DNA from: Actinomycetes bacterium
GTDB taxonomy: Bacteria; Actinomycetota; Acidimicrobiia; Acidimicrobiales; Palsa-688
Direction of reading: 5' to 3'
NCBI GenBank assembly: GCA_021799445.1
Contig: JAJZAM010000003.1
Coordinates: 596-64,595 of the forward strand
Length of the DNA stretch: 64,000 bases
Shown: piece by piece, positions 17,770-25,662 of the stretch
Layout: each line of letters begins with the position of its first letter
Numbering within the stretch: the first letter of the stretch is position 1
Notes under the pieces: model-generated
Told to the model about the DNA's origin: nothing
Database searches by the model: none
Seen by the model: the letters and a program-made list of their open reading frames with translations, nothing else
Position numbers and translations under genes: made by a program

Positions 17770-18045
17770 ATGGTTGCGAAAGATTACCGGCGGGAGTTGA
17801 GGTTGTCGTCGAGCGACGACGACCTGATCACCGAGGCAGCAGGTCTTGTCGGCTTATCGGTGTCGGAGTTTCTCTTGGGGCGGGCTGTTGCTGATGCCGA
17901 AGCTATCGTGGACGCCCACCACACTGTGCGTCTGCAGCAGGATTCCCGCGATCGTTTCCTGCTCGCGCTCGACTCGCCTCCCAAGCCGGTGGCGAAGCTC
18001 GTCGATCAGATCCGAAAGAGCCGGCCAATCGTGCACGCCGACTGA
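17770..18045 (+). CDS. DUF1778-type (TacA-like) antitoxin
   Basis: MVAKDYRRELRLSSSDDDLITEAAGLVGLSVSEFLLGRAVADAE...; close paralogue of 10907-11182. Confidence 0.8.
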   Translation: MVAKDYRRELRLSSSDDDLITEAAGLVGLSVSEFLLGRAVADAEAIVDAHHTVRLQQDSRDRFLLALDSPPKPVAKLVDQIRKSRPIVHAD

Positions 18046-18818
18046 TGCAGGTCGAGCGACTCGGCGACGAGCACGATCTCGCTGGCTTTAGCTGTGGCAA
18101 CAAGTCTCTCGATGACTGGTTGAGGCTCCATGCGTTAGAGAACCAGAGCCGCAACCTGTCCCGGACCTTCGTCTTGGCAGACGACGGTGGTGCGGTCACC
18201 GGCTACTACGCCTTGTCGATGGGTGGAGTGGCCAAAGACGAGCTTCCGCGCCGACTGGGTCGCGGGTTTCCCGGCTACCAGATCGGGATGGTGCTCCTTG
18301 CCCGTCTGGCCGTCGATGCCCGCCATCAGGGGGAAGGACTCGGCCGTGACCTACTGGTCGACGCCATCCTTCAGGCCACTGTGGCTGGTCAGCATGCTGC
18401 TGCCAGATTCATCGCCGTCGACCCTATTGACGAGTCCGCGAGAGCTTTCTACAGCCGTTTCGGTGTGGTGCGACGGACCCGGGCCAACCTGGAGCGCGTG
18501 GCGGCCGCTCTCAAAGACCTCAACGCTCGCCTCCGGGTGGCCGGCATGACTGATGAGGACGCCATGGAACTGCCAGTTCGGATCGATCCGACGACGCTGG
18601 ACCGTGCTGGCATGCTCACTTGGATGACCGACGCGGGGCCGTCGGCATGGCTAAACACCGGTTGGCTGGGCTGCTCTACGATGGAGTCTCAACCTCAACG
18701 AGCGCCAAGCTTTGGTCGCGGCACTAGTCAGACTCCCGACTGGCGCCTGTGGTGCGACGGCAGATCCCTCGGGCCGTGGTCTTCCGACGCACATGATGGG
18801 CCTGCTCGGCGTTCATAG
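18045..18818 (+). pseudogene. GNAT toxin truncated at its C-terminus and fused to unrelated sequence
   Basis: Residues 1-141 parallel 11182-11688 up to ..ARAFYSRFG. From about 18470 the ORF reads VVRRTRANLERVAAALKDLNARLRV..., unrelated to the GNAT C-terminus (FRNIDGDQQGRMYMRIDE.. in the intact copy). Confidence 0.6.
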
Positions 18819-18860
18819 GCGGACTAGCCGGTGCGGAGAGCTGCGCTTTAGGCTGATCTC

Positions 18861-19526
18861 ATGGAGCAGGCGCTGGAGGAAATTCGCGACGGCGATACCG
18901 TTTGGCGTTTCGACGTGTCGTTTCTCACCTCGACGTGGAACTGCACCTGGGGTCGGGGATGTCTTGGGATAGGGCCCGAACCAGCGCCCGAGCTCGGACT
19001 GGGCTGCTGCTCAATAGGCGCGGATCTAGGCGACGAGGACGAAGCCCGGATGATCTCGGCGCTAGCGGCGACTCTCGACCGGTCGGTCTTCGAGCGTTAC
19101 GGCGAAGCACAAGACGGTGGGATCTTCAGCGACGCCACGCGCCTGCACACCCGAGTGGTCGACGGGGCGTGCATCTTCTTGAACAGGCCTGGCTTCGCCG
19201 GAGGGCCGGGATGCGCCTTGCACGTCGCCGCGCTAGCAGCAGGCGAACCCCCCACGGAGTGGAAACCCTCCGTGTGCTGGCAGCTGCCCATCAAAGTCGA
19301 CTGGGAGCCGGCCCTTGGGGGAGCCGAAATCGCGACCGTACGCCGCTGGAGCCGCGACGACTGGGGCGAGGATGGAAAAACCATGGCCTGGTGCTGCACC
19401 GAGGGGAGCCTCGCCTACGACGGTGAGACCACGGTGGTCGACTCGCTGCGAGCCGAACTCTCCGAGCTGGTCGGCGCCGAAGTGCTCGCAGAGCTGCGCC
19501 GCAGGATCACCGCCCGAGAGGACTGA
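18861..19526 (+). CDS. conserved Cys-rich hypothetical protein
   Basis: 221 aa with WNCTWGRGCLGI, GCCSIGADL, DGACIFLNRPGFAGGPGCALH and SVCWQLPIK (putative metal/Fe-S-type Cys clusters). Family not named with confidence. Confidence 0.55.
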   Translation: MEQALEEIRDGDTVWRFDVSFLTSTWNCTWGRGCLGIGPEPAPELGLGCCSIGADLGDEDEARMISALAATLDRSVFERYGEAQDGGIFSDATRLHTRVVDGACIFLNRPGFAGGPGCALHVAALAAGEPPTEWKPSVCWQLPIKVDWEPALGGAEIATVRRWSRDDWGEDGKTMAWCCTEGSLAYDGETTVVDSLRAELSELVGAEVLAELRRRITARED

Positions 19527-19530
19527 CCTT

Positions 19531-19824
19531 CTAGGAGGGCTTCTCCTCTACTTTCACGCCCCTCCAGAAGGCGACCCTCCCCGTGATCGACTTGGCAGCC
19601 TCGCTGGGCGAAGGGTAATACCAGGCAGCGTCAACATTCGTATTGCCGTCCACCTCAAGGCTGTAATAGCTGGCTTGGCCCTTCCAGGGGCAGCGAGAAG
19701 TCGTGTCGCTCTTTCGTAGATATTCGGAAGCGACCGCTTCGAGAGGAAAGTAGTGGTTTCCTTCGACTACGACGGTGTCGTCACTTTCGGCGATTATGGC
19801 ACCGTTCCAGGTTGCTGTCACCAT
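19531..19824 (-). CDS. DUF427-domain protein
   Basis: 97 aa with WNGAIIAESDDTVVVEGNHYFP...CPWKGQASYYSLEVDG...AAWYYPSPSEAAKSITGRVAFW. Confidence 0.7.
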   Translation of the reverse strand: MVTATWNGAIIAESDDTVVVEGNHYFPLEAVASEYLRKSDTTSRCPWKGQASYYSLEVDGNTNVDAAWYYPSPSEAAKSITGRVAFWRGVKVEEKPS

Positions 19825-19960
19825 AGTAAGAGGAACCCGTTCGGCGGAGGGTTTCTTCCGGCGCGATGATCCCGTCCGCGACGCCCGACCGCCGGGCCGT
19901 CGCTACCATCTTCACAGGCCAGCGAAAGCAGCCGGTCTGTATATAGGCGGGGAGGCCGGC

Positions 19961-20857
19961 GTGGAAGCCGAACAACACCAACAAGCGGGGGGTCGCACGG
20001 CCGATCAGATCAGCGACGAGGTGGTTCGCCGCTTCGCCACCACTCCCGACGCTCGGCTACGTCTGCTCATGGAGGACCTCGTCGCGCGCTTGCACAGCTT
20101 CGCTATCGACAACTCGCTGAGCACCGACGAATGGCGCTCAGGAGTAGAGTTCCTGACCGCTGTCGGCAAGCTCTGCAGCCCCGAGCGCCACGAGATGATC
20201 CTCCTATCGGACACGCTCGGCTTGTCCATGGTCGTCGACGCCGTTGCCTCCGCCTCGGCTACTCGGAATGCAACTGAGTCAACGGTGCTAGGCCCCTTCT
20301 ACAAGGAAGGCTCCCCCGAAAGGGAGATGGGCGCGTCCATCGCAGAGACCACGGACGTGAAAGAACCGACGCTCGTGTGTGGCAAAGTCCTCGACGAGTC
20401 CGGGGATCCCGTCGGTGCTGCAACACTCGAAGTGTGGCAGAACGCGCCGAACGGGATGTACGCCCTTCAAGATCCCGGCCAGCCCACCAACAACCTGCGG
20501 GGAGTCTTCCGAACCGGCGTCGACGGGCGGTTCTCGTTCTGGACTGTCCGGCCGACCGACTATCAGATACCCGACGACGGCCCGGTCGGGGCGATGCTCG
20601 CAGCGACCGGCCGTCATCCGTGGAGGCCCGCTCACATCCATCTCAAGGTGTCGGCCCCGGGGATGCGGACGCTGACCACCCACTTCTTCGACGGCGAAAG
20701 CCGCTACTTGGAATCCGACGCTGTGTTCGGGGTGAAACCGTCGCTGGTGTGCAGTTTCGTACGCCACGAGCCTGAGGAGCCTGGAACCCCGAAAGGCTGC
20801 GACGGCTGGTGGTACAGCCTCGAACGTGACGTGGTCCTAGCCCGTGACAGCGTCTAG
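19961..20857 (+). CDS. intradiol ring-cleavage dioxygenase (hydroxyquinol/catechol 1,2-dioxygenase family)
   Basis: ..TGRHPWRPAHIHLKVSAPGMRTLTTHFFDGESRYLESDAVFGVKPSL. I placed the start at the GTG at 19961 (GGAGG 5 nt upstream) rather than the track's 19775, which overlaps the DUF427 gene. Confidence 0.8.
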   Translation: MEAEQHQQAGGRTADQISDEVVRRFATTPDARLRLLMEDLVARLHSFAIDNSLSTDEWRSGVEFLTAVGKLCSPERHEMILLSDTLGLSMVVDAVASASATRNATESTVLGPFYKEGSPEREMGASIAETTDVKEPTLVCGKVLDESGDPVGAATLEVWQNAPNGMYALQDPGQPTNNLRGVFRTGVDGRFSFWTVRPTDYQIPDDGPVGAMLAATGRHPWRPAHIHLKVSAPGMRTLTTHFFDGESRYLESDAVFGVKPSLVCSFVRHEPEEPGTPKGCDGWWYSLERDVVLARDSV

Positions 20858-21813
20858 CGGCGCGAGCGCCAGTACAGGTCGGACATCGCAGCGAAAACCG
20901 ACCCGGAGTTGCCGCGCCTCATTTCAAGAGTCGCGCCGAGGTCCCGGTAGACGGCGCGAACGTTGACGGCCATGCGCTCGGAGTCCGTCCAACCCGAGTA
21001 GGGTCCTGTGCCGATGTCGGCGGCAGCGTCAGGGGCTGTCATCCCCGCTTCGAAGCGCACCCTCGCCTCCTCGAAGAGCCATCGGAAGTAGCCGATCAGG
21101 TCGTCTAGAACCTCCGGGCCGGCTAGTGGGCCGTGGCCTGGCACTACCACCGACGGTCCGAGGGCTGCCACCCGCTCGCAAGCGGCGATCCAGTTGGCTA
21201 CGGGACCCGCCCATATGATCGGGTGCCCGCCGTGGAAGACGATGTCGCCGGTAAAGACGACGCGCTCGTCGGGTAGGTAGACGATCACGTCGCCGCCGGT
21301 GTGGGCCGGACCGACCTCGATCAGCTTCACCGTCCGGTCACCGACTTTGAGCTCCAACTCGCCTTCGAAGACCCGCGACGGCAAGGCGGCTTCGATCCCG
21401 TCGAAGTTGAAAGCCCCGAAGATCGCCTTCAGGAACGCTCCGACCTCCCCAGCTTCGTCGACGCCGGCCATCGTGGCGGCCATCTCAGACGGGGGCGACT
21501 TCGCCATCTCGGCCGCGCAGGCTTTCGAAGCGACGATCTCGGCGTCGCGTACCAGCCAGTTCCCGTAGCAGTGGTCGCCGTTCGCGTGGGTGTTTACGAC
21601 CGTGGAGATCGGAGCGTCCGGTGTCGCCTGCCTGGCCAGGACGTCGATCATCTCCCTGGTCAGGTCCAAGTCGAACAGGGTGTCGACAAGAAGGGAAGAT
21701 TCGGGGCCGCAGACGAGGCCGGCGTTGGACCATCCCCAGCTGCCGTCGGGCTGCAGGTAGGCCCACACGCCGTCGGCCACCTCCAACGCTCCTTTAACGT
21801 ATTCCCCGGCCAT
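20854..21813 (-). CDS. MBL-fold metallo-hydrolase
   Basis: 319 aa with VVNTHANGDHCYGN (HxHxDH-type motif) and later ..GPAHTGGD.. and ..VVPGHGP... Confidence 0.75.
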   Translation of the reverse strand: MAGEYVKGALEVADGVWAYLQPDGSWGWSNAGLVCGPESSLLVDTLFDLDLTREMIDVLARQATPDAPISTVVNTHANGDHCYGNWLVRDAEIVASKACAAEMAKSPPSEMAATMAGVDEAGEVGAFLKAIFGAFNFDGIEAALPSRVFEGELELKVGDRTVKLIEVGPAHTGGDVIVYLPDERVVFTGDIVFHGGHPIIWAGPVANWIAACERVAALGPSVVVPGHGPLAGPEVLDDLIGYFRWLFEEARVRFEAGMTAPDAAADIGTGPYSGWTDSERMAVNVRAVYRDLGATLEMRRGNSGSVFAAMSDLYWRSRR

Positions 21814-21858
21814 GAAGGCGACCTTAGCCTGCGCTGACAGCGACAGGTGGGAGAGCGT

Positions 21859-22131
21859 TCAGGCGGTGGACGCTATGCGGAAACCGATTAGAAGTTCGGG
21901 ACTCTCCTCGAACACTTCCAGGCCCGTGACCTTCGCGAGAGGAGGCCCGCGCCGGCACCATTCGACCAAAGCGACGACGTCGCCCGGCGGGCCTTCGAAC
22001 ACGGCTTCGACCCGCCCGTCGCGGTGGTTGCGCACCCAGCCGGCGACGTGACGCCGGGCCGCCGCGGCGAGCGCCGCTTGGCGAAATCCTACGCCTTGCA
22101 CTCTCCCCGACACGACAACCCGGCGCCGCAT
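21859..22131 (-). CDS. acyP: acylphosphatase
   Basis: MRRRVVVSGRVQGVGFRQAALAAAARRHVAGWVRNHRDGRVEAVFEGPPGDVVALVEWCRRGP. I used the internal ATG; the track ORF extends to 22206. Confidence 0.75.
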   Translation of the reverse strand: MRRRVVVSGRVQGVGFRQAALAAAARRHVAGWVRNHRDGRVEAVFEGPPGDVVALVEWCRRGPPLAKVTGLEVFEESPELLIGFRIASTA

Positions 22132-22198
22132 CGGCGTCTCGGCGATTCGACCATTCCGTCGAGGGTCTGCTGGGGGAGTGACTCCATGATCCATCCTC

Positions 22199-22795
22199 TC
22201 AGCCAAGCGTGGTGCTCGGAGTGCCGTTGAGCTCGCCGTCGAGGTACGTCATCGCTTTCACCAAGGCGGCTCTCTCCTGGGGGCTCAGATGCTCCATCGC
22301 CCTTACCAACGCAACGTTGGAGCCGTCCAGCCAGCGCTCGGCGCAGCCGCGCCTGGTGGACGGCACTCTCACGATCGTCCGGCGGCGATCTACGGGATCG
22401 CTGTAGCGTTCGGCGAAACCCGCCCGCTCCAAGTCGGCGATCAGACCGCTGGTCGTGGCGAGGTTCAAGCCTAGGGTCGCCGCGAGCGCGCCAACGGTCG
22501 CCTCGCCGTCGTAGATCGCCGACAGAAGCGAACGGTGCCGGTTCCCAAGTGCCGCATCTGCGTCCGTAGAGGAAGGGACGGTCCGTCGTAGACCCCGTGC
22601 GACCCTCGGGAACAGCTCGATCAGCTTGCGGACTCCTTCGTGCACGCCGCAGGCCTGGACGGGGCCGCCTCCGTAGCTTCCGTCGTGTGTCGCGGTCCCG
22701 GGGATCCCCTCGCCAGCAGGCCGGGCGGGCACGTCGGAGCTGTCAGGGCTATCCGATCGAATGTCGGATTTGCGGGATCCTCCAACGGCCACCAT
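22199..22795 (-). CDS. MarR-family transcriptional regulator (start uncertain)
   Basis: Winged-helix core ..TVGALAATLGLNLATTSGLIADLERAGFAERYSDPVDRRRTIVRV... Divergent from the yceI-like gene across an AT-rich spacer. Confidence 0.7.
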   Translation of the reverse strand: MVAVGGSRKSDIRSDSPDSSDVPARPAGEGIPGTATHDGSYGGGPVQACGVHEGVRKLIELFPRVARGLRRTVPSSTDADAALGNRHRSLLSAIYDGEATVGALAATLGLNLATTSGLIADLERAGFAERYSDPVDRRRTIVRVPSTRRGCAERWLDGSNVALVRAMEHLSPQERAALVKAMTYLDGELNGTPSTTLG

Positions 22796-22883
22796 TCCAA
22801 CTTAACCGACCCAGCCATGTACTATACTTTGAAAGCACAAACTATTTGTATCTTAGAACTACTGTGTATCGAAGAGGGTAACT
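22796..22883. promoter_or_regulatory. AT-rich divergent promoter/operator region (MarR / YceI)
   Basis: This 88-nt spacer is much more AT-rich than its surroundings and contains TATACT (22822-22827) as a -10 candidate for the plus-strand gene. Confidence 0.35.
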
Positions 22884-23462
22884 GTGGAGGTAGATGTGGA
22901 TCAGGTCGAAACCAAGAGCGTGGAAGTGAAATCCCTGACAGGGAAGTGGGTTCTCGACTCCGCCGGGACGAGCGTGTCGTTTACGACGAAAGCCATGTGG
23001 GTTCTCGGGGTAAAAGGAACCGCCAAGGTACTTAGCGGCATCGCCACTGTGGGCGACGACGGCTCCCTCTCAGCCGAGATCGTTGTCGACATGAGCTCCG
23101 TCAGCACTGCGAACAAAAAGCGCGACGCGCATCTACAGACTGCTGACTTCTTCGAGACGGTCAAATATCCCACGATGACACTGAACGTGACCGGAGCTAC
23201 GCTGCGCTCGGAGGGAAAAGCCGACGTTCGAGGTGACCTGACAGTTCACGGGCAGACTCGACCGAAGACCTTCCCGGTAGAGTTTTCCGCGTCCGACTCG
23301 TCGATAGAAGTCACCTCCGAGTTCGACCTCGACCGGCGCGAGTGGGGTATCTCCTGGTCCAAGATGGGGGCAGGACTCGTCAACCATGTGACGTTCAAGG
23401 GGCGCTTCGAGCGGGCTCCGGGTGCTGAGCCGGAGGGTGGTAGCGCCGCGGGCGCCGAGTAG
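22884..23462 (+). CDS. YceI-family protein
   Basis: ..KWVLDSAGTSVSFTTKAMWVLGVKGT...DMSSVSTANKKRDAHLQTADFFETVKYPTMTL... Confidence 0.75.
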   Translation: MEVDVDQVETKSVEVKSLTGKWVLDSAGTSVSFTTKAMWVLGVKGTAKVLSGIATVGDDGSLSAEIVVDMSSVSTANKKRDAHLQTADFFETVKYPTMTLNVTGATLRSEGKADVRGDLTVHGQTRPKTFPVEFSASDSSIEVTSEFDLDRREWGISWSKMGAGLVNHVTFKGRFERAPGAEPEGGSAAGAE

Positions 23463-23502
23463 ACCCAAGCGTGCGCGGGGAGCGCAGCGTAGGATCGGTG
23501 TC

Positions 23503-24726
23503 ATGGAGACAGACGCCAACGCCGCCGGGATGGACCCCACCCGCCTTGCCCGTATCGACGAGCACCTGCGCAGGAACTACGTCGAGCGGGGGAGGGTAGC
23601 AGGCTGCCAGGTGGCAGTGATGAGACGGGGAGTCGTCGCGCACTACAGCGCCGTCGGCCTCGCCGACCGGGAACGAGGCGTCCCCGTCGCTGAGGACACC
23701 ATCTGGCGTATCTACTCGATGACCAAGCCGATCAGCGCCGTGGCTCTCATGACGCTCTACGAGCGTGGCATGTTCGCCCTGTCGGACCCTGTGAGCAGGT
23801 TCATCCCGTCCTGGGCTAACCTGCAGGTCGCCGAGGTGGACGACTCGGGCGCCACCCGCCTTGTGGAGCCGTCCAGGCCGGTTCAGATACGGGACTTGAT
23901 GATGCACACCGCCGGGATCGGCTACGGCCTGGCCAACGCGGACCTCGAAGTCGAAGCGTTGGGTACCCGTTCACGGGCGCGCTTTAGGATCGACCCCGAC
24001 TTGGAGGCCATGGCCGAGCGTCTCGGTCAGACACCGCTTCGTTTCCATCCCGGCAGGCACTGGCTGTACTCCCTCGGCCTCGACGTGTGCGGCCGTCTCG
24101 TCGAGATCATGTCGGGTAAGCGCTTCGACGAGTACCTCGAAGCGGAGATCTTTGCTCCGCTCGGCATGTCCGACACCGCCTTTTATGTGAAGTCCCAAGA
24201 CGTTCCCCGTTTCGCCGCGTCGTATGGGCGTAACGCCGACAAACAGCTGATCCTCGTGGACGATCCGGCGGACAGCGTGTACCTGAGCGAGCCGTCGTTT
24301 CTCTCCGGCGGCGGCGGTCTCGTGTCGACGATCGGCGACTACCTCCGTTTCGCCGAGATGATGCGCCGGGGAGGGGAGCTCGACGGCCGGCGGATACTGG
24401 GCCGCAAGACCGTCGAGCTGATGACGATCAACCACCTGCCTGGCGGCGCGACGATGCCCGACTTCGCCCTGCCCGGCGGCTACGGGGAGGCCGGCTTCGA
24501 AGGCAAAGGTTTCGGCCTTTCGATGGCCGTGTCCGCCGGCCCCGCCCAGGCCGCGGTGATCGGCTCGGCAGGCGAGTACATGTGGGGCGGCGCCGCGTCG
24601 ACGACGTTCTGGGTGGACCCGGCCGAGGACCTGGTGGTGGTTTTCATGACGCAGTTCCTGCCGTCCGGGACGTTCAACTTCGCAGGGCAGCTTCGCGCCC
24701 TGGTCTACCCGGCGATCGTCGACTAG
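23503..24726 (+). CDS. serine hydrolase (beta-lactamase/esterase family)
   Basis: SxxK motif in IYSMTKPISAVALM; ..HTAGIGYG..; length about 407 aa from the internal ATG (the track ORF starts at 23422). Confidence 0.75.
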   Translation: METDANAAGMDPTRLARIDEHLRRNYVERGRVAGCQVAVMRRGVVAHYSAVGLADRERGVPVAEDTIWRIYSMTKPISAVALMTLYERGMFALSDPVSRFIPSWANLQVAEVDDSGATRLVEPSRPVQIRDLMMHTAGIGYGLANADLEVEALGTRSRARFRIDPDLEAMAERLGQTPLRFHPGRHWLYSLGLDVCGRLVEIMSGKRFDEYLEAEIFAPLGMSDTAFYVKSQDVPRFAASYGRNADKQLILVDDPADSVYLSEPSFLSGGGGLVSTIGDYLRFAEMMRRGGELDGRRILGRKTVELMTINHLPGGATMPDFALPGGYGEAGFEGKGFGLSMAVSAGPAQAAVIGSAGEYMWGGAASTTFWVDPAEDLVVVFMTQFLPSGTFNFAGQLRALVYPAIVD

Positions 24727-25646
24727 GCCTGGGGGATCCGGCCGTCCATGCCGGCGTTGGGAGCCGCCCGGCGTACCAGGTCCAAGACGACCGGGCCGAG
24801 CTCGGCGGGATCCCACCGGCCGTCCTTGTCCGCCTGGGGGCCGGCGTGCCAACCTTCCGCGACGCTAACACGCCCGCCGGCGACGTTGAACACTCGTCCG
24901 GTCACCTCGGCCGACTCGGCGCTGGCGAGCCACGCCGCGAGAGGGGCGATGTTGTCAGGGGACCTGGAGTCGAACTCCCCGGGCTTGGGCGGCTCCACCC
25001 CCCGCGCCCGTTGGAGCTCCTCGGTCATCCTGGTGCGCGCCCCGGGGGCCAGAGCGTTCACCGTAACCCCGTAGCGGGCCAGTTCCTTGGCGGCTATGAC
25101 AGTGAACGACGCTATCCCCGCTTTCGCCGCCCCGTAGTTGGTCTGGCCGACGTTGCCGTAGATACCCGAAGACGAGCTGGTGTTGATCACCCGGGCGTCG
25201 TTGGTCTCGCCGTCTTTGGCCCGGTCCCTCCAGTAAGCCGCAGCCCACCGTGTCGGGGCGAACGTGCCGCGAAGGTGGACTCTGATGACGTCGTCCCACT
25301 CGTCTGCGGTCATGTTGACGAGCATGCGATCCCTCAGGATGCCCGCGTTGTTGATCAAAACGTCGAGACCGCCGAAGGTGTCGATCGCGCAGCGGATCAG
25401 ACGTCCAGCGCCGTCCCAATCCGACACGTCCTCCCCGTTCGCGACGGCTTCGGCTCCCATCGAGCGGATCTCGTCGACCACCTCCCCGGCCGGACCGTCG
25501 GAGGAGCCCGAACCGTCCACCTCCGCCCCGACGTCGTTAACGACGACCCTCGCCCCTTGGCGGGCGAGCTCGACAGCGTGAGAACGGCCGATACCCCTGC
25601 CGGCGCCGGTGACGATAACTATACGACCTTCGCAGATCCCAGCCAT
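24723..25646 (-). CDS. SDR-family oxidoreductase
   Basis: VIVTGAGRGIGRSHAVELARQGARVVVND (TGxxxGxG); YxxxK in NYGAAKAG. Confidence 0.8.
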   Translation of the reverse strand: MAGICEGRIVIVTGAGRGIGRSHAVELARQGARVVVNDVGAEVDGSGSSDGPAGEVVDEIRSMGAEAVANGEDVSDWDGAGRLIRCAIDTFGGLDVLINNAGILRDRMLVNMTADEWDDVIRVHLRGTFAPTRWAAAYWRDRAKDGETNDARVINTSSSSGIYGNVGQTNYGAAKAGIASFTVIAAKELARYGVTVNALAPGARTRMTEELQRARGVEPPKPGEFDSRSPDNIAPLAAWLASAESAEVTGRVFNVAGGRVSVAEGWHAGPQADKDGRWDPAELGPVVLDLVRRAAPNAGMDGRIPQA

Positions 25647-25662
25647 TTGATGTCGTCCTCTC

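Larger units (their letters stand above)
17392..18470 (+). mobile_element. integrative element module 5 (int remnant, partial hairpin element, DUF1778 plus truncated GNAT); right end lost
   Basis: Starts at core copy E. Homology to module 1 ends abruptly near 18470 inside the toxin gene, and no sixth core copy was seen. Confidence 0.55.

Noticed and set aside
19775-19960. N-terminal 62 codons of the dioxygenase ORF as listed in the track
   Set aside because: This part overlaps the convergent DUF427 gene and has no dioxygenase similarity. The GTG at 19961 with a GGAGG RBS gives a protein of normal length.
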